Assembly: GCA_020536535.1 (NCBI GenBank)
Contig: JAHLWZ010000804.1
Coordinates: forward strand, 70,234 to 134,233
Reading direction: 5' to 3'
Source of the DNA: Pelomyxa schiedti
Taxonomy: Eukaryota; Protista; Evosea
DNA length: 64,000 nucleotides
Shown here: piece by piece, positions 24,376 through 35,695 of the stretch
Layout of the letters: the number at the start of each line of letters is the position of its first letter
Position numbering within the stretch: the first letter of the stretch is position 1
The notes under the pieces: generated by a model
Databases searched by the model: none
Told to the model about the DNA's origin: nothing
What the model saw: the letters and a program-made list of their open reading frames with translations, nothing else
Made by a program: the position numbers and the translations under genes

Positions 24376-24824
24376 CTTTGACATAAAAACAACCACCCGG
24401 ATCTTTGGGTGTTTTCATTCACACCCAAAAAATTATTTCCACCCAGTGTGGCGAGGTGACTTCGCGTCGCTGTAGTTCTAAGTACGGTTCTAATCACTGA
24501 TGGATTTCTGGGAAAACTACCGCGAATCTGTTGGGACCCTGAGGGAGATCCAGGCGACACCTAGAACTGATTCTAGCGCCTTTATAAGGCGGGAACAACA
24601 CCATCGTAGTTATAGCAAGCAAAAAGCTAAAGTAATAAACAATAAACTCTTGTGTTTGTATTCGGGCTTCTTTCTCCCTTACTACACAAGTAAAACAACA
24701 ACCATCGACACCCCAGCACACCTCACAGTGTGGTGGTCACTATCCTAACCCAATCTACCTCGGCACACCCAGACTGCCGTTTCGTCGCTTCAGCGGAAAC
24801 GAAAAAGAAAATTTCCCTTCGGAA

Positions 24825-26119
24825 ATGAGTGCGTTTGGAGGGAGGCTTGGCGTTTTGTCGTACAGTTTGACTGGAAACACAAAGTACTTGTGTGACACAG
24901 TGTCAGATCTGCTCGTCAAGGCCGGTGCCGGTGCGTTGTTGCTGCCACTGTTTGTTTCAACCTCCGCTCATAACGCGGTTTTTTTAACACAGTATGCGAT
25001 GTGGAAAAAGTGGACCTGATTGAAGCCGTAAGGGGCGACGTATCGTCTGCCGAGGTCGCTGAAATACTATCGCGAGTTTCTGTCGTCCTCGTAGGTTGTA
25101 ATCCACTTTATTTATTACATGCCCTAAGGAAAATATTAATAGTGCACTCATTATCGTGTAGGTTGGCTTTGTTGGCGATCAATGGAGCCACCGGGGGTTC
25201 AAGAATTCTTTTCTGAACTTCCTGACGGTGTTCTACGTGGAAAGCCCGCTATCCTCGTCTCCACTGGTGGTGCTGGGTTGTTGCTTTGATATTGCATAGT
25301 TTTTCATGTTCATTACATGGTCTCAGGGTTGGACAAGGGTTCGAAAGAATGACCTACGAACTTAACGTTAAAGGTGCTAGTGTCATTCACCAGGTATGCT
25401 CCCGTCTTCTTCTTCGACGCATTGAGGTATTCCGTGAAGCTTTTCCTTATGGCACCAGAAAACATCCCTTTTGCTTGTCCTAGTAAATCATCCCCTGGAC
25501 AACGATGGGGTTCAGTTCACACCGACAGAATTCCCAGTTTTGCTGCTGAAGTCATTTCTAGACTTCAAGGCTTTTCTCTGGGCAGTGTTCCACCCAGGCC
25601 AAGGAAGAATCCACCACCGAAAAATCTACCTTCTGTCTTAGGTTTGCTCTATGATTTCAATTCTCTGTTTAACGGGGGGAAAAAAAGAACGAGTGCTCTT
25701 TGTACCCATTGTGATTGACAAATCGAGATGCTTCAAGTGCAAGTCATGTGTTAAGAAATGCCCCTCTAAATCGATTTCCATTGAGGACAGTGGTAACTCT
25801 CCTCCAAATAACACCAGTACTTACACCCGCGGCAGATTCCTCATTTCCCGTGGTTGACGGCAATACTTGCCTTCACTGCTGCCGGTGTATCAACGCGTGC
25901 CCGGCAAACGCACTTTCCATGTCAGGACTTCAGGCGAGGCAGCAGTACCAGTTTAAGCAGTCAGTTCTTGCCCAAGGCCAAAACTACCCAACCATACCCG
26001 AAATGATCCCACTGGTCCTCACAGCCCTCGTGCAAATGCACCCCACATTCTTCAAATCCACTGCCGCCCTATGCCTCTGCGTCTTCCTCCTGCTCCTTCT
26101 CTTTTACTGGCTCCACTAG
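24825..26119 (+). CDS. EFR1-family-like flavodoxin-ferredoxin fusion (N-terminal flavodoxin fold, two 4Fe-4S clusters) with a C-terminal hydrophobic tail
   Basis: FMN-binding loop YSLTGNTKY; GKPAILVSTGG; CFKCKSCVKKCP and CLHCCRCINACP; ends ALCLCVFLLLLLFYWLH*. Confidence 0.8.
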
Positions 26120-26335
26120 TATCACCCACAAACAAACACCACGCCGTGCTCTGTGGAATTCCGCTGCCTTCCACAAAAAGCCTGTGGTTTGTTCCCACCC
26201 ACTTTCGGAACCGGTGATGTTGCCTAAAAAGAACACCTTCGTTGCAAAATGGGATTTCCAAAAAACGAAAGCACAGAACGAAATAAAATCAAACAAATAA
26301 ACTATCGTGTAAATAAGGTACACAATAGTGGCTCA

Positions 26336-27911
26336 ATGGACAACAACAGCACCAGCCTCAGTCCCGACACAAACCAAGACGTAAGAATTTCCTTCGCCCT
26401 TTGGCACCTTTAATCCCAATCTCGGGCGGCTAACCCACAATTATGACTAGACGGGGGGAGGACTGACTGTAGAGGATGTAAGAATCGCGGGGATTGTTTG
26501 CTCGGTGTTCTCTTTGCTTGGAAGCAGTTTGGTTATTGCTGCCACGTTGGCTATTCCAAGTTTGCGGAAAGTTTTCAGAAACAGACTTGTATCTAACAGT
26601 TTGTTGTTGTTTACTGTCTGACTGGTTGGGGGGGGTGTTTTTTTTTGTTTATCTGTCTTGTGTGTCACAGGTTGTTGGTGGGATAGACTGTTTATTTATA
26701 ATGTTTTTAGGTTCTTTACTTGAGTGTGAGTGACTCAATGTGGGCTCTTACACTACTGTGGGATTTAAATGCTAATTTGGAAGAAGGAACGGCGTGCAAT
26801 GCTGCAGGATTTCTGCTGCAGTGGTTTGTTGTCTGTTCTGATTTCTTAGTCTTGGCCCTTGCTGTATCAATGTATGCAGCACCTATATTATTGCAGACAT
26901 CCAATTCTTCTCTTGAGTCATCTGCATACCTATCAATAAATTGAAGTGAAGGTTCCTCGGAATTGTACTAAAATTCAATTTGGAGACTCCACTATCTGAC
27001 GTTGTCTGCATATGTGGGGCTTATGTCCCCACTTTTGGGCTTGCCTTGATACCTCTGTTTGGAGGCACTCCAGGAGGCTACGGCCCGCGAGGTGCTTGGT
27101 AAACTTTCGCCATTGCTGAGATTTTCACAGTTGAAACTAATAACGCTCAGGTGCTGGATCCAGGTAACTATAACCACTGCATCATTTCTTATTGTCTAAA
27201 AATACTGTCCCTTGGCGACATGACAGGATCCTCTCTCTGTATATTGTTACACCGCCGTTTGAAAGTTCTAATGTTAGTAGGGGTTACTTATGAGCTATAT
27301 GTTTGCGTGGATTGTTGCAGTGGCAATCACCATACTTTACATGTAACTCTTTTTCGAATCCAGTACTACTCTAACGTTCTGCATAGCTTAATCATCAGAC
27401 ACATCCTTACTGCGACTCGGCAGGTGAAACTGCTTGGAAGTGCTGTCACCCCAGACAAAGCAAAAGAGCACGAGTTAACACTTCAACTCTATAAGACGTT
27501 CTTTGCGTTCCCTTTGTGCTTCATCATCCAATGGATTCCGGCCACTGTACCTTCCCCCAACTCCACATTACTTCCTCATCATGCTACAGATAAATCGTGT
27601 TAACAACCTTGTTCACCCCGATACTCAGAATGTCTGGTTGCTATTTTTCCATGTATGTATGAACAATTTTTTATGTTTTGGAAAAAAAAACCACAAAAAA
27701 GGTTGTCTTCTGTTGGTCTGGGGGGGTTTACAACAGCATAGTTTATTCAGCAGTTCATAGACGGACTCTGCTAGTGTGTTTGAAGCAAATAGTACTGATT
27801 GCCAGAGGGAAAGGAAGTTCTGGGGAGCGTGCCCGCCCAGTTTCGATGGATTTGAGTACAACGGTACAACATCCCCAATTACTTTGTTTGGTTTACTGCC
27901 GCTTATTCTAA
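26336..27911 (+). CDS. 7-TM GPCR, cAMP-receptor-like/Git3-like family
   Basis: N-terminal sequon (MDNNSTS). TM1 VRIAGIVCSVFSLLGSSLVIAATL; TM3 CNAAGFLLQWFVVCSDFLVLALAVSMY; GYGPRGAWCWIQ; TM6 FPLCFIIQWIPATV; TM7 GVYNSIVY. Confidence 0.8.
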
Positions 27912-27968
27912 GCACAGGATGAAAATTTATAACGGCGAATTTTGTACAAGTACCACGTAGTAAAACAA

Positions 27969-29259
27969 TTACATATTCCCTTTTCTTTCCCACCTCTCTT
28001 TGGATTCAAAGCTGTTGTAAAGAGGAAAAAAAAAACCATGAACTGGGAATAAAATGGTGTAGAGTATACCCCCATTGCAGACGTGGCCGCTTGAGCTTTC
28101 TTGAGTGTAGTTCCTCCTCTGCTTTTGCATCATCATAAGCCTTGCAATTTAGTGCCGCTACTAATTGTTTCTGGCGATGAGATTCAGATAGCCTGTCACT
28201 AAGGTTCGAAGCCGAGGCGAAATCACCATTACGTAGAGCTTGCCGAATTTCCTTTTCCTCTGGTGGCTGGAATTGGAAAATTTAGTGTCCCTCAAAATAT
28301 AAAGGAGGTACTTTACCACATCAACCAAGGGGCCCTGTGGAACATCCTTCAATTGCGGGTTTGGATCCAGGTATTTCCAGATATCAGTCCGGCTGACACA
28401 TTGAGGGTCCATGTGTTTCTTTGAATCACTGGAGCCCAAATTTCGCTGCCCACTGTTCCGGAATGCTGTATTAGAGGGTTCAATCAGTGATTCCGATGTG
28501 GGGCTGGTCTTTGTGTGTGGAGAATCCAAGTCATTAATATCACCAGCAAGAGCGCTATTAACTGTGTACTTGGTGGGGAAAAAAAACCAGTAATAATGTT
28601 ATTCCCTTGTCCCATGTGCATACATTTAAACAAAACAAAACAAAACAAAACAAAACAAAACAAAACAAAACAAAACAAAACAAAACAAAACAAAACAAAA
28701 CAAAACAAAACAAAACAAAACAAAACAAACAACAAACAACAAACAACAAACAACAAACAACAAACAACAAACAACAAACAACAAACAACAAACAACAAAC
28801 AACAAACAACAATGGTCGTAGTAGAAACGCACCCTTCTTTTGAATGAGCTTTCGTAAGTTCTTAACTCTCTTATGGGACATTGAATGAGCCAAAGCGTCC
28901 CTCCGCGCCCTGCACGCCTCCACCCTCCTCGCCAATTGTAACTGCAACTCCAATTGCCCCTGCACTTGCACTTGCTGGTTCTGTTGGTGCTCTTGATCCA
29001 ATTGACTCGGTGAGGGGGTAAGTGACTCGCCTAAGATGGCACCGCCGTCGTCGCACTTGGAACCCCTGTCGGCGTCTGCCGCTGGGGTGGCAGCGCTCAG
29101 TGGGCCCCCACCACCCTCGCTGTGTTGTTGCGGTTCTGAGTAGTGGCACTCGTGTTGTGGGAGGGGTGCACAGCTCGAGTTGGAAATGGTAGCCGATGCT
29201 GCAGTTGTGGAATGATCGTCGTCATGGTCGCCCGGAAGCTCAGTAACTCCGAGTGACAT
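27969..29259 (-). CDS. FAM204A: FAM204A-like protein; start uncertain
   Basis: Spliced C-terminus EKEIRQALRNGDFASASNLSDRL...KRPRLQW/GFESKERWERKGNM* matches the FAM204A C-terminal WGFExKxRWE.K.NM signature. Confidence 0.7.
28631..28809. repeat. Compound intronic microsatellite (CAAAA)19 directly followed by (CAAACAA)12
   Basis: Counted directly. It lies inside a minus-strand GT-AG intron of the FAM204A-like gene. Confidence 0.95.
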
Positions 29260-29545
29260 GATGATGGTTTCAACGAAATCTACTGGGACCTGGGGGCACA
29301 CCTTGGCTAGAGTACCACGCAAATGTTGTCTGCCTAAAAATCCAAGATAGCCACAACAAGAGACGAGACAATTTTCGTTCACCTTTCGAAGAGCACTTGG
29401 AAAATAATGGTCCTCTTTTCTCGTTTGAGTTACAGAGGGAAACCCCTGTTTTCAGTGTTTTTTGCAATAACAACAAGCGCATAGTTGGTTTAGAAACAAC
29501 TATTTGCCGAACTACAATCTCAAACAATAAGACAGTGTAGAGATT

Positions 29546-32500
29546 CTAGGCGTCCCCTCGGTCTTTGCCCTTCCCGTCGTCCTCCTCTTCATCGTCATCT
29601 GACCCGTTCCGTTTGATAAGCTCTACCTTGACCTCGGTTTCGGCGGGCTTGAAGCCGAGCTTGGCCTTGATTCTGCCGATTATGCCGAGTCCTTCATCCT
29701 TGAACTTTCTTGGTTCATAGGCAGGAACTGGTATTCGGGTTCCAATAAGTCCTGTTGTTGCTTTAGTGGAGTCGGAGTTCGGGTAAATCATTTACCTAGT
29801 GGGAGCGTAATCACTGCAATAGCTAAGCAGGTGATCCATTGCGAGAAGTTGAGTCCTGGGAAAGGTGCCACACTCATCCACTCGCCGGCAAAGGTAACAA
29901 TAATCACTTGAATGACTACTGTGACACCAACAATCAAGAGGAACATCCAGTTGGTCCATATTTTCTCCCAAACATTCCACTCTATTTTTTTGTGTTAGCC
30001 CAAGCAAGTAGGGGTGGTAAACGAACCATTGTTCACTTTTCTTGAATTAACTTCATTGCATACTTGGCAGAACACGAACGTATTAAAGATAACCGTTTGA
30101 AGGAGGAGAGTTTGCTCGGATATTTCGAAGTCAAATGCTCTGTGCTGGCCTGCTGCACAATAGTCGTCGGCAGGGTACACACCTCCCTCAGTATTTGCTA
30201 TGGGAAGAGTTAACCTTTTTATCACTTAGCAAAACCATACAAAGGCAACAAGTGGATGTAAGAGTAGTGCTGAGAGGGTCATTATAATCCGTGTAGGCAC
30301 AACTTACACCAAGCCATGGGAAGAATCTGCCCGCATACAGAAGAATAAGCAATACCATTAACTGAGCAGAAATAAGAACAAGAATGAAACGGGAGTGAGA
30401 GAAGAAACCTGATAGGAAGCATGCAGAATTATATTGCGGAGCATAAAATTGGATATGAGCCTATCATAACGTCCAAACCTGAAGGGAGTTAATGTGAATT
30501 CTTTTATTTGAGACACAAACGGTTTGCGTTTAAGAAGGGCTTCTGTTGGCTTTTCAGTGCCTAAAGCAAGTGCGGCCATGGTGTCCATAATCATATTCAC
30601 CCATAGCAATTGAATTGCTTTTAGGCAAGCTCCTTTTTGTGTTACGGCACCAATAGCCACCACTGCAAGCGCAACCACATTGACTGTAAGTTGGAATTGC
30701 AGGAATTTCCGTATATTATCGTAGACACTTCTTCCCCACATCACTGACTTGACAATAGACTTGAAATTGTCATCCAGGATAACGATATCTACGCTCTTGA
30801 GCAATTATTTTGGTAGGTGGACAGCAAACCTGCTGCCTGTTTGGCAATATCAGTTCCTCTTAGACCCATTGCCAACCCAACATCAGCCGACTTAAGAGCT
30901 TGTACATCGTTGGTTCCATCGCCTGTCACTGCAACTACTTCACCCTGCTTGATCAAACTGGTCTACGTCAGAAAAAAAAATAGGAATAAATATTGACGGA
31001 GTACCATTTGACGAGCTTCTTCTTATCTGAGGGGGATGACCTTGCTAGGACTTGAAGCCGTGGTAAGATTTCATTTCGTTCCTGCTTTGTCATGGCAGCA
31101 AATTTGGGCCCCTCTAGAGAAACACCTCCAGGTGAAAGAATGTGGCAGTCTCTGGCAATATGTTCGGCAGTTAGAATATCTGGGTAAGTGAAGGAAAACA
31201 AGGGTGGGGTTCTTTTCCCCATCAAGGATACTGTCACCAGTGACCATCCTAACAGTAATTCCTGCATCCTGACAAGCTTTGACGGCAGCTGGCACCTCTG
31301 GTCTAAGAGGATCGTGGATACCAACAATTGCATAAAGTGTCAGGTTCATGTCTGGAGCAGTCTCATAAACAGCCTTGTTATCGTCCATAATGACATTTGG
31401 CTCGGCTGTAGAGTAAGCGTCATCCGTCGACTCCCCATCACCCTCTGCAGCCGCAGACTAAAGGGGGTGAAAAAAAAAACATACTGGGGTACTCAGTTAC
31501 CGTGTCGGTTTTGGCCTCAGCAATAGGTTGCACAGCCTTAGAGGCATCGGCAGCGGACTGGTCGCGATAAGCAAGACAGAGGGTCCTCAATCCTTTGGAA
31601 GCGTACCCTTCAATCTCCTCACCAATCTTCGACTTGAGTTCATTGGTTAGTTCAACCACATTAGCCTCTGCGTCTAGAACAGTAGAACAACGCCTAAGAA
31701 CAATCTCCGCAGCACCCTAAGTATGGTTGGGGGGAAAAGTATTTCGTAGGTCACATACTTTTACGTAGTGTCTGATCAACCCTTTACTCTGATCCAACCA
31801 AATGAGACAATTGCAACGCTTTCTTGCTGAACTGAAAGTAAATCGCTGGTAGATGTTGTCACTATTCTGATCACGTATTTGTTGGTAATTTGCGCCAAGT
31901 GCCTCGGCAAAGATAAGGAAGGCGCAGTCAGTTTTGTTCCCAACAGTTTCCTAGGAATGGACTGATTACTAAGATGACGAGGGAAAAAACCAACAAACCA
32001 CAGGTTTGCCCTCTTTGCGCAGAAGATTGGAACTATAGGCGCAATTCAATGCCGCATTTTCCGTAGTAAGCCGCAATACATGCTTGGGAATGTCAAATTT
32101 TGGGGGAACTTCGGGGAAATCTCTTCCACACAGCCAACCCTTGTTTAGGTTGGCGGAGTTACTGATGGAGAATGATAGAATACCCTGACGATTGTCATAC
32201 AATTTTCAGTGAGTGTACCAGTCTTATCAGAACAAATATCTTAGTCAGGGATTACACCAGAGATGGATAGAGGAAGGATGATACTTGTGCAGTTGGACAT
32301 GGTTTCACAAGCCTTGAGGTGTCTCACCAAATTCTTGTCGTGATACATTTGCTTCATTGAGTACGCCAAGGAAATTGTTACAGCAAGTGGTAGACCTTCA
32401 GGTACTGCAACAACCTTCCGTACTGTAAACAAATTGCTTGGAAAAAACTAATCACACGAACCACAATGGTAATGCCGATGATGATATAGTCGACAATACA

Positions 32501-34089
32501 GATTGCTTGAGCCCAGTCATAACCCAGGCATAAAAACTCCTCTCCAAAAGAAGTCATATCAGAGGGGGCATGTGTGCAGTGATCGTCAGCATATACCCAT
32601 TGACAGTCATACCTTCATTAAACTTAGACTAGGTATCATAATTAATAGTGCGTACAGGGCAGCAGGAATCACCCACCACACCGCAAGAACCAGAACGACA
32701 AAGGATGCAACTGCCATACCAAATTTTCCGATTGCTAAACAGGGAGAGGTTTATCTTCCGCTTTTGAAAAAGGGAAACAGCATACTGCCAGCAAGGTCAT
32801 CCAAATTTTCTTGCAGAGGTGTATCTGGCTTTTCGTCTTGCAGGGACTCCATAGTCTTTCCCCATTCAGTGTGGGGACCAACACCGCACGCTAGAATGTA
32901 TCCACTGCCATCCGTCAGCTAAAAGCAGGTAAGAAACAACTGCATCAAAGAAAATACTAACCTTATAACCAAGATGGATAAACGGTCGGGAGCCGTTAAT
33001 CTTCATATCAACCGTTTCTCCTGTCATTTTGCTAGAGTCAACTTTCATGCCTGTTTATCAATGAAAAATGGATTCACACACAGCCGGTTCAAATACCAAA
33101 CCCTGATATGTAAACAGAATCTGCAGGGATTTCATCACCTGTATCGAGAGCAATAACGTCCCCAACATTGACTTCCGCATAGGGAATGGTTTCCTGGGTG
33201 GCCGGTAAAACACAGTAGGAAAAGAATAATTCCTACCAATTGTCCTTCCCGAATAACTTTAACAGTCCTATCACGCTCCTCCTGGTTGGATAGAGCGCGA
33301 AACTGACGCTCTTTGGAGTAGTTGTTCCCCGCTGTGACTGTACTCGCTAGAATAACAGCACCAAGAATAGCAGCTCCCTCAATCCAACCTTTTGTTTGGA
33401 GGTATTGCCAGAAGCAAAAATGTTATTCTTGATTGCAATGAAAGGTTGCCTACTTGACTGTTGTTCACTAATGACTTCGCCTTCACTGGCAGTGACGTTC
33501 ACCAGGCACGCATCTTGGTATCCAAGGTCTTAGGGGAAAATTCAGTTTTGAAATCGGGAACACAAATACCCTACCAGCAGGAATTGCAAGTCCGAGGATG
33601 AGTGACACAATTGCAGCAATGATCAAGATGATCAAGGTTAAATCTTTGACTGCCTCGAACCACAGTTGAAAAAAGTTTTTGTGTTTCGCCTCAGGTAAAA
33701 CATTAATACCAAATCTAATGTAAAGTGATTTAGTCAGGAGGATTTCATATTCAATAAGAAATGAAAAAGAGGTTAATAAAACATACACGCGTCGCCTATG
33801 CACAAACTTCGAGTTGATTTCCTCTTGACCGAGTCCCGCTTTCAAACTTGTGCCCAGCTTGGCAGCCAGACCCTCGAGCCCTCCCATAGCTGTGAGTTCC
33901 TCCACTTTCCTTCAAATACTTTCTTACCCCCAAGAAACACAAACATTTGGTACAACAACGAGCACAACTACGCTCAACACAAGCATAACATGACAAACGC
34001 GACCAGATCTCAACAACGAAGGAACAACCAAGTACGTACTTGTGGAGCACCATCTCTTGGAGTTGGACGGCAGTTACAGTGAACTCCAT
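29546..34089 (-). CDS. Plasma-membrane-type Ca2+-transporting P-type ATPase (P2B; PMCA/PAT1)
   Basis: [137 protein letters not shown]. Confidence 0.95.
31180..31231 (-). other. Candidate U12-type GT-AG intron, 52 nt, phase 1, interrupting the GDN motif of the PMCA gene
   Basis: Donor GTATCCTTG; TTCCTTCAC lies 8 nt before the CAG end. Removal restores the invariant MVTGD-N-ILTA. Confidence 0.6.
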
Positions 34090-34167
34090 CCTTTGTTGCT
34101 TTTTGATTGTTTAATAAATTTGTATTTTGGGTTTTTTTTTTCGGTCCGGGCTTTTAATCTGTCTCGA

Positions 34168-35486
34168 CTAACAGCCGCTGTTAGAGGAGTTAATTTTTTT
34201 TCTCTTTGAGAGTAACGGCGCCGATTCCATACATAGTAAACATGCAAACTGCTTCTAGAATACTCCTGTTAATTTTCGTGTTCCACATTCTTTTGTATTC
34301 AAATGCAGTAACCTGGGCACGAGTCTTTTCAACTGGCAACGGTCCCGCATGTTTGTGAGACCACTCTCAGATATTTATTTCCGGTTCCTTGGGGTACATT
34401 GGTCAATGAATAGCAGAATTTGTTGGCCATGATTGGGTTCAACTGGCTTGCGAGTTGGTAGGTTGATCTCATGGGACGAAGGTTTTTTTCTATTTTTGTT
34501 GATGTATTTTCGGTCAGAGCCTTCGAATGTGATTACCAAGCTCAGCCTGACGGTAACACGCTGGGGAGGTCATTCCAGTTCATGCAGTGTGAGGTGGAGT
34601 ATGTTCAGTACCAAAGGGCCTGGCACTCTGGGCAATCATCCTTAAGGGGGCTGATCAGGTATTCGCGCCAGGTCTATGGTTGCTAACCCTGTGCCTTAAG
34701 ATGTCAGTACTGAAAGATGACATTTCAATGAAACTTAAAAATCGCTGCTATGAATTTGTCGGGCCCGACGACCGTTCAACGGTCACGTGAATCGACTTGT
34801 TACTTTCCGCCAGTTCCACGAAAGTGATTATGTTTTTTGATTTTGTGTGAGGGTGATAGTCAGGGTGAAGGCCAAGCCAGTCAAACAATGGTCTGTTGTT
34901 CCTGTGGTCGAATCCAAGTTCATTGCGCGATATGCATCTTTATGTCATTAAGCTGTAAACCAACCTGTGGTTTGCCAATGGCCGAAGAGTAGCGGGGTTA
35001 ATCGGCATATGGAGCATACTTCACAGGGAAGCAGCTGAGGATAACCAGAACTGGATTTCGTGAAGCTCAAGTGCTATTTTCCTGTTTCTACCAGATAGGA
35101 GAACAAAATCCTGCCTGTGGCGCAGGGGAATCCATCACACCTCGCCACACTGCCTGCGAAGAATGGCACCAATTTGATGTTATTTGTTTGTTGAGGACTA
35201 AAGGGTACACCAGTAAGATACAATCTCTGTTGGGTGTGGGTACAGTGAGAACAAGAAAGAGACAATGGCGAGCGACCAGACAGACAGGTCTCGTGTTATG
35301 TATGTACAATCAATCTGAATTGGTGTTGTCTGTGGCATTTCTCAGTGTTGCCGTAAGCAGTGGGCGCCGGGATTGTGGGAGCAGTGGGATTATCGGTCGA
35401 AGACAATGACGTACTCCCTGAGCCTTGGGGGAGTCTCACATCCTTTGTCTCCGTTCACAAACAGGACCCCATACCACTGCTGTCAT
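34168..35486 (-). CDS. Probable multi-exon hypothetical protein; exon structure unresolved
   Basis: A 1.3 kb gap between genes with several GT-AG-bounded open segments (e.g. NRPLFDWLGLHPDYHP, TWREYLISPLKDDCPEC, RSILEAVCMFTMYGIGAVTL). No recognisable domain. Confidence 0.3.
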
Positions 35487-35695
35487 GTTGTGTCCGTGTC
35501 CTGAGGTTGGTTCTCGGTCCGTTTTACGCACAAAAAAAAAAGAGAGGAGAAGCCAGACGCGACTACAGGAACCGGCAAACCCCAAAAATAAGAGGTTCTG
35601 CTTCTTTTTTTTTCGAAAGGACGGAACCAACTTGAAAAAGGATCTTTTTTGGCTTTATGGGGGTGGTGCGAGTGGCAGCGCGATAATATGTTCTA

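Noticed and set aside
28484-28847. Several ORFs encoding LLFVVCC/FCFVL or NKTKQ repeats
   Set aside because: These are translations of the intronic microsatellite in stop-free frames, not proteins. The unit is too short and has no spacers, so it is not a CRISPR array either.
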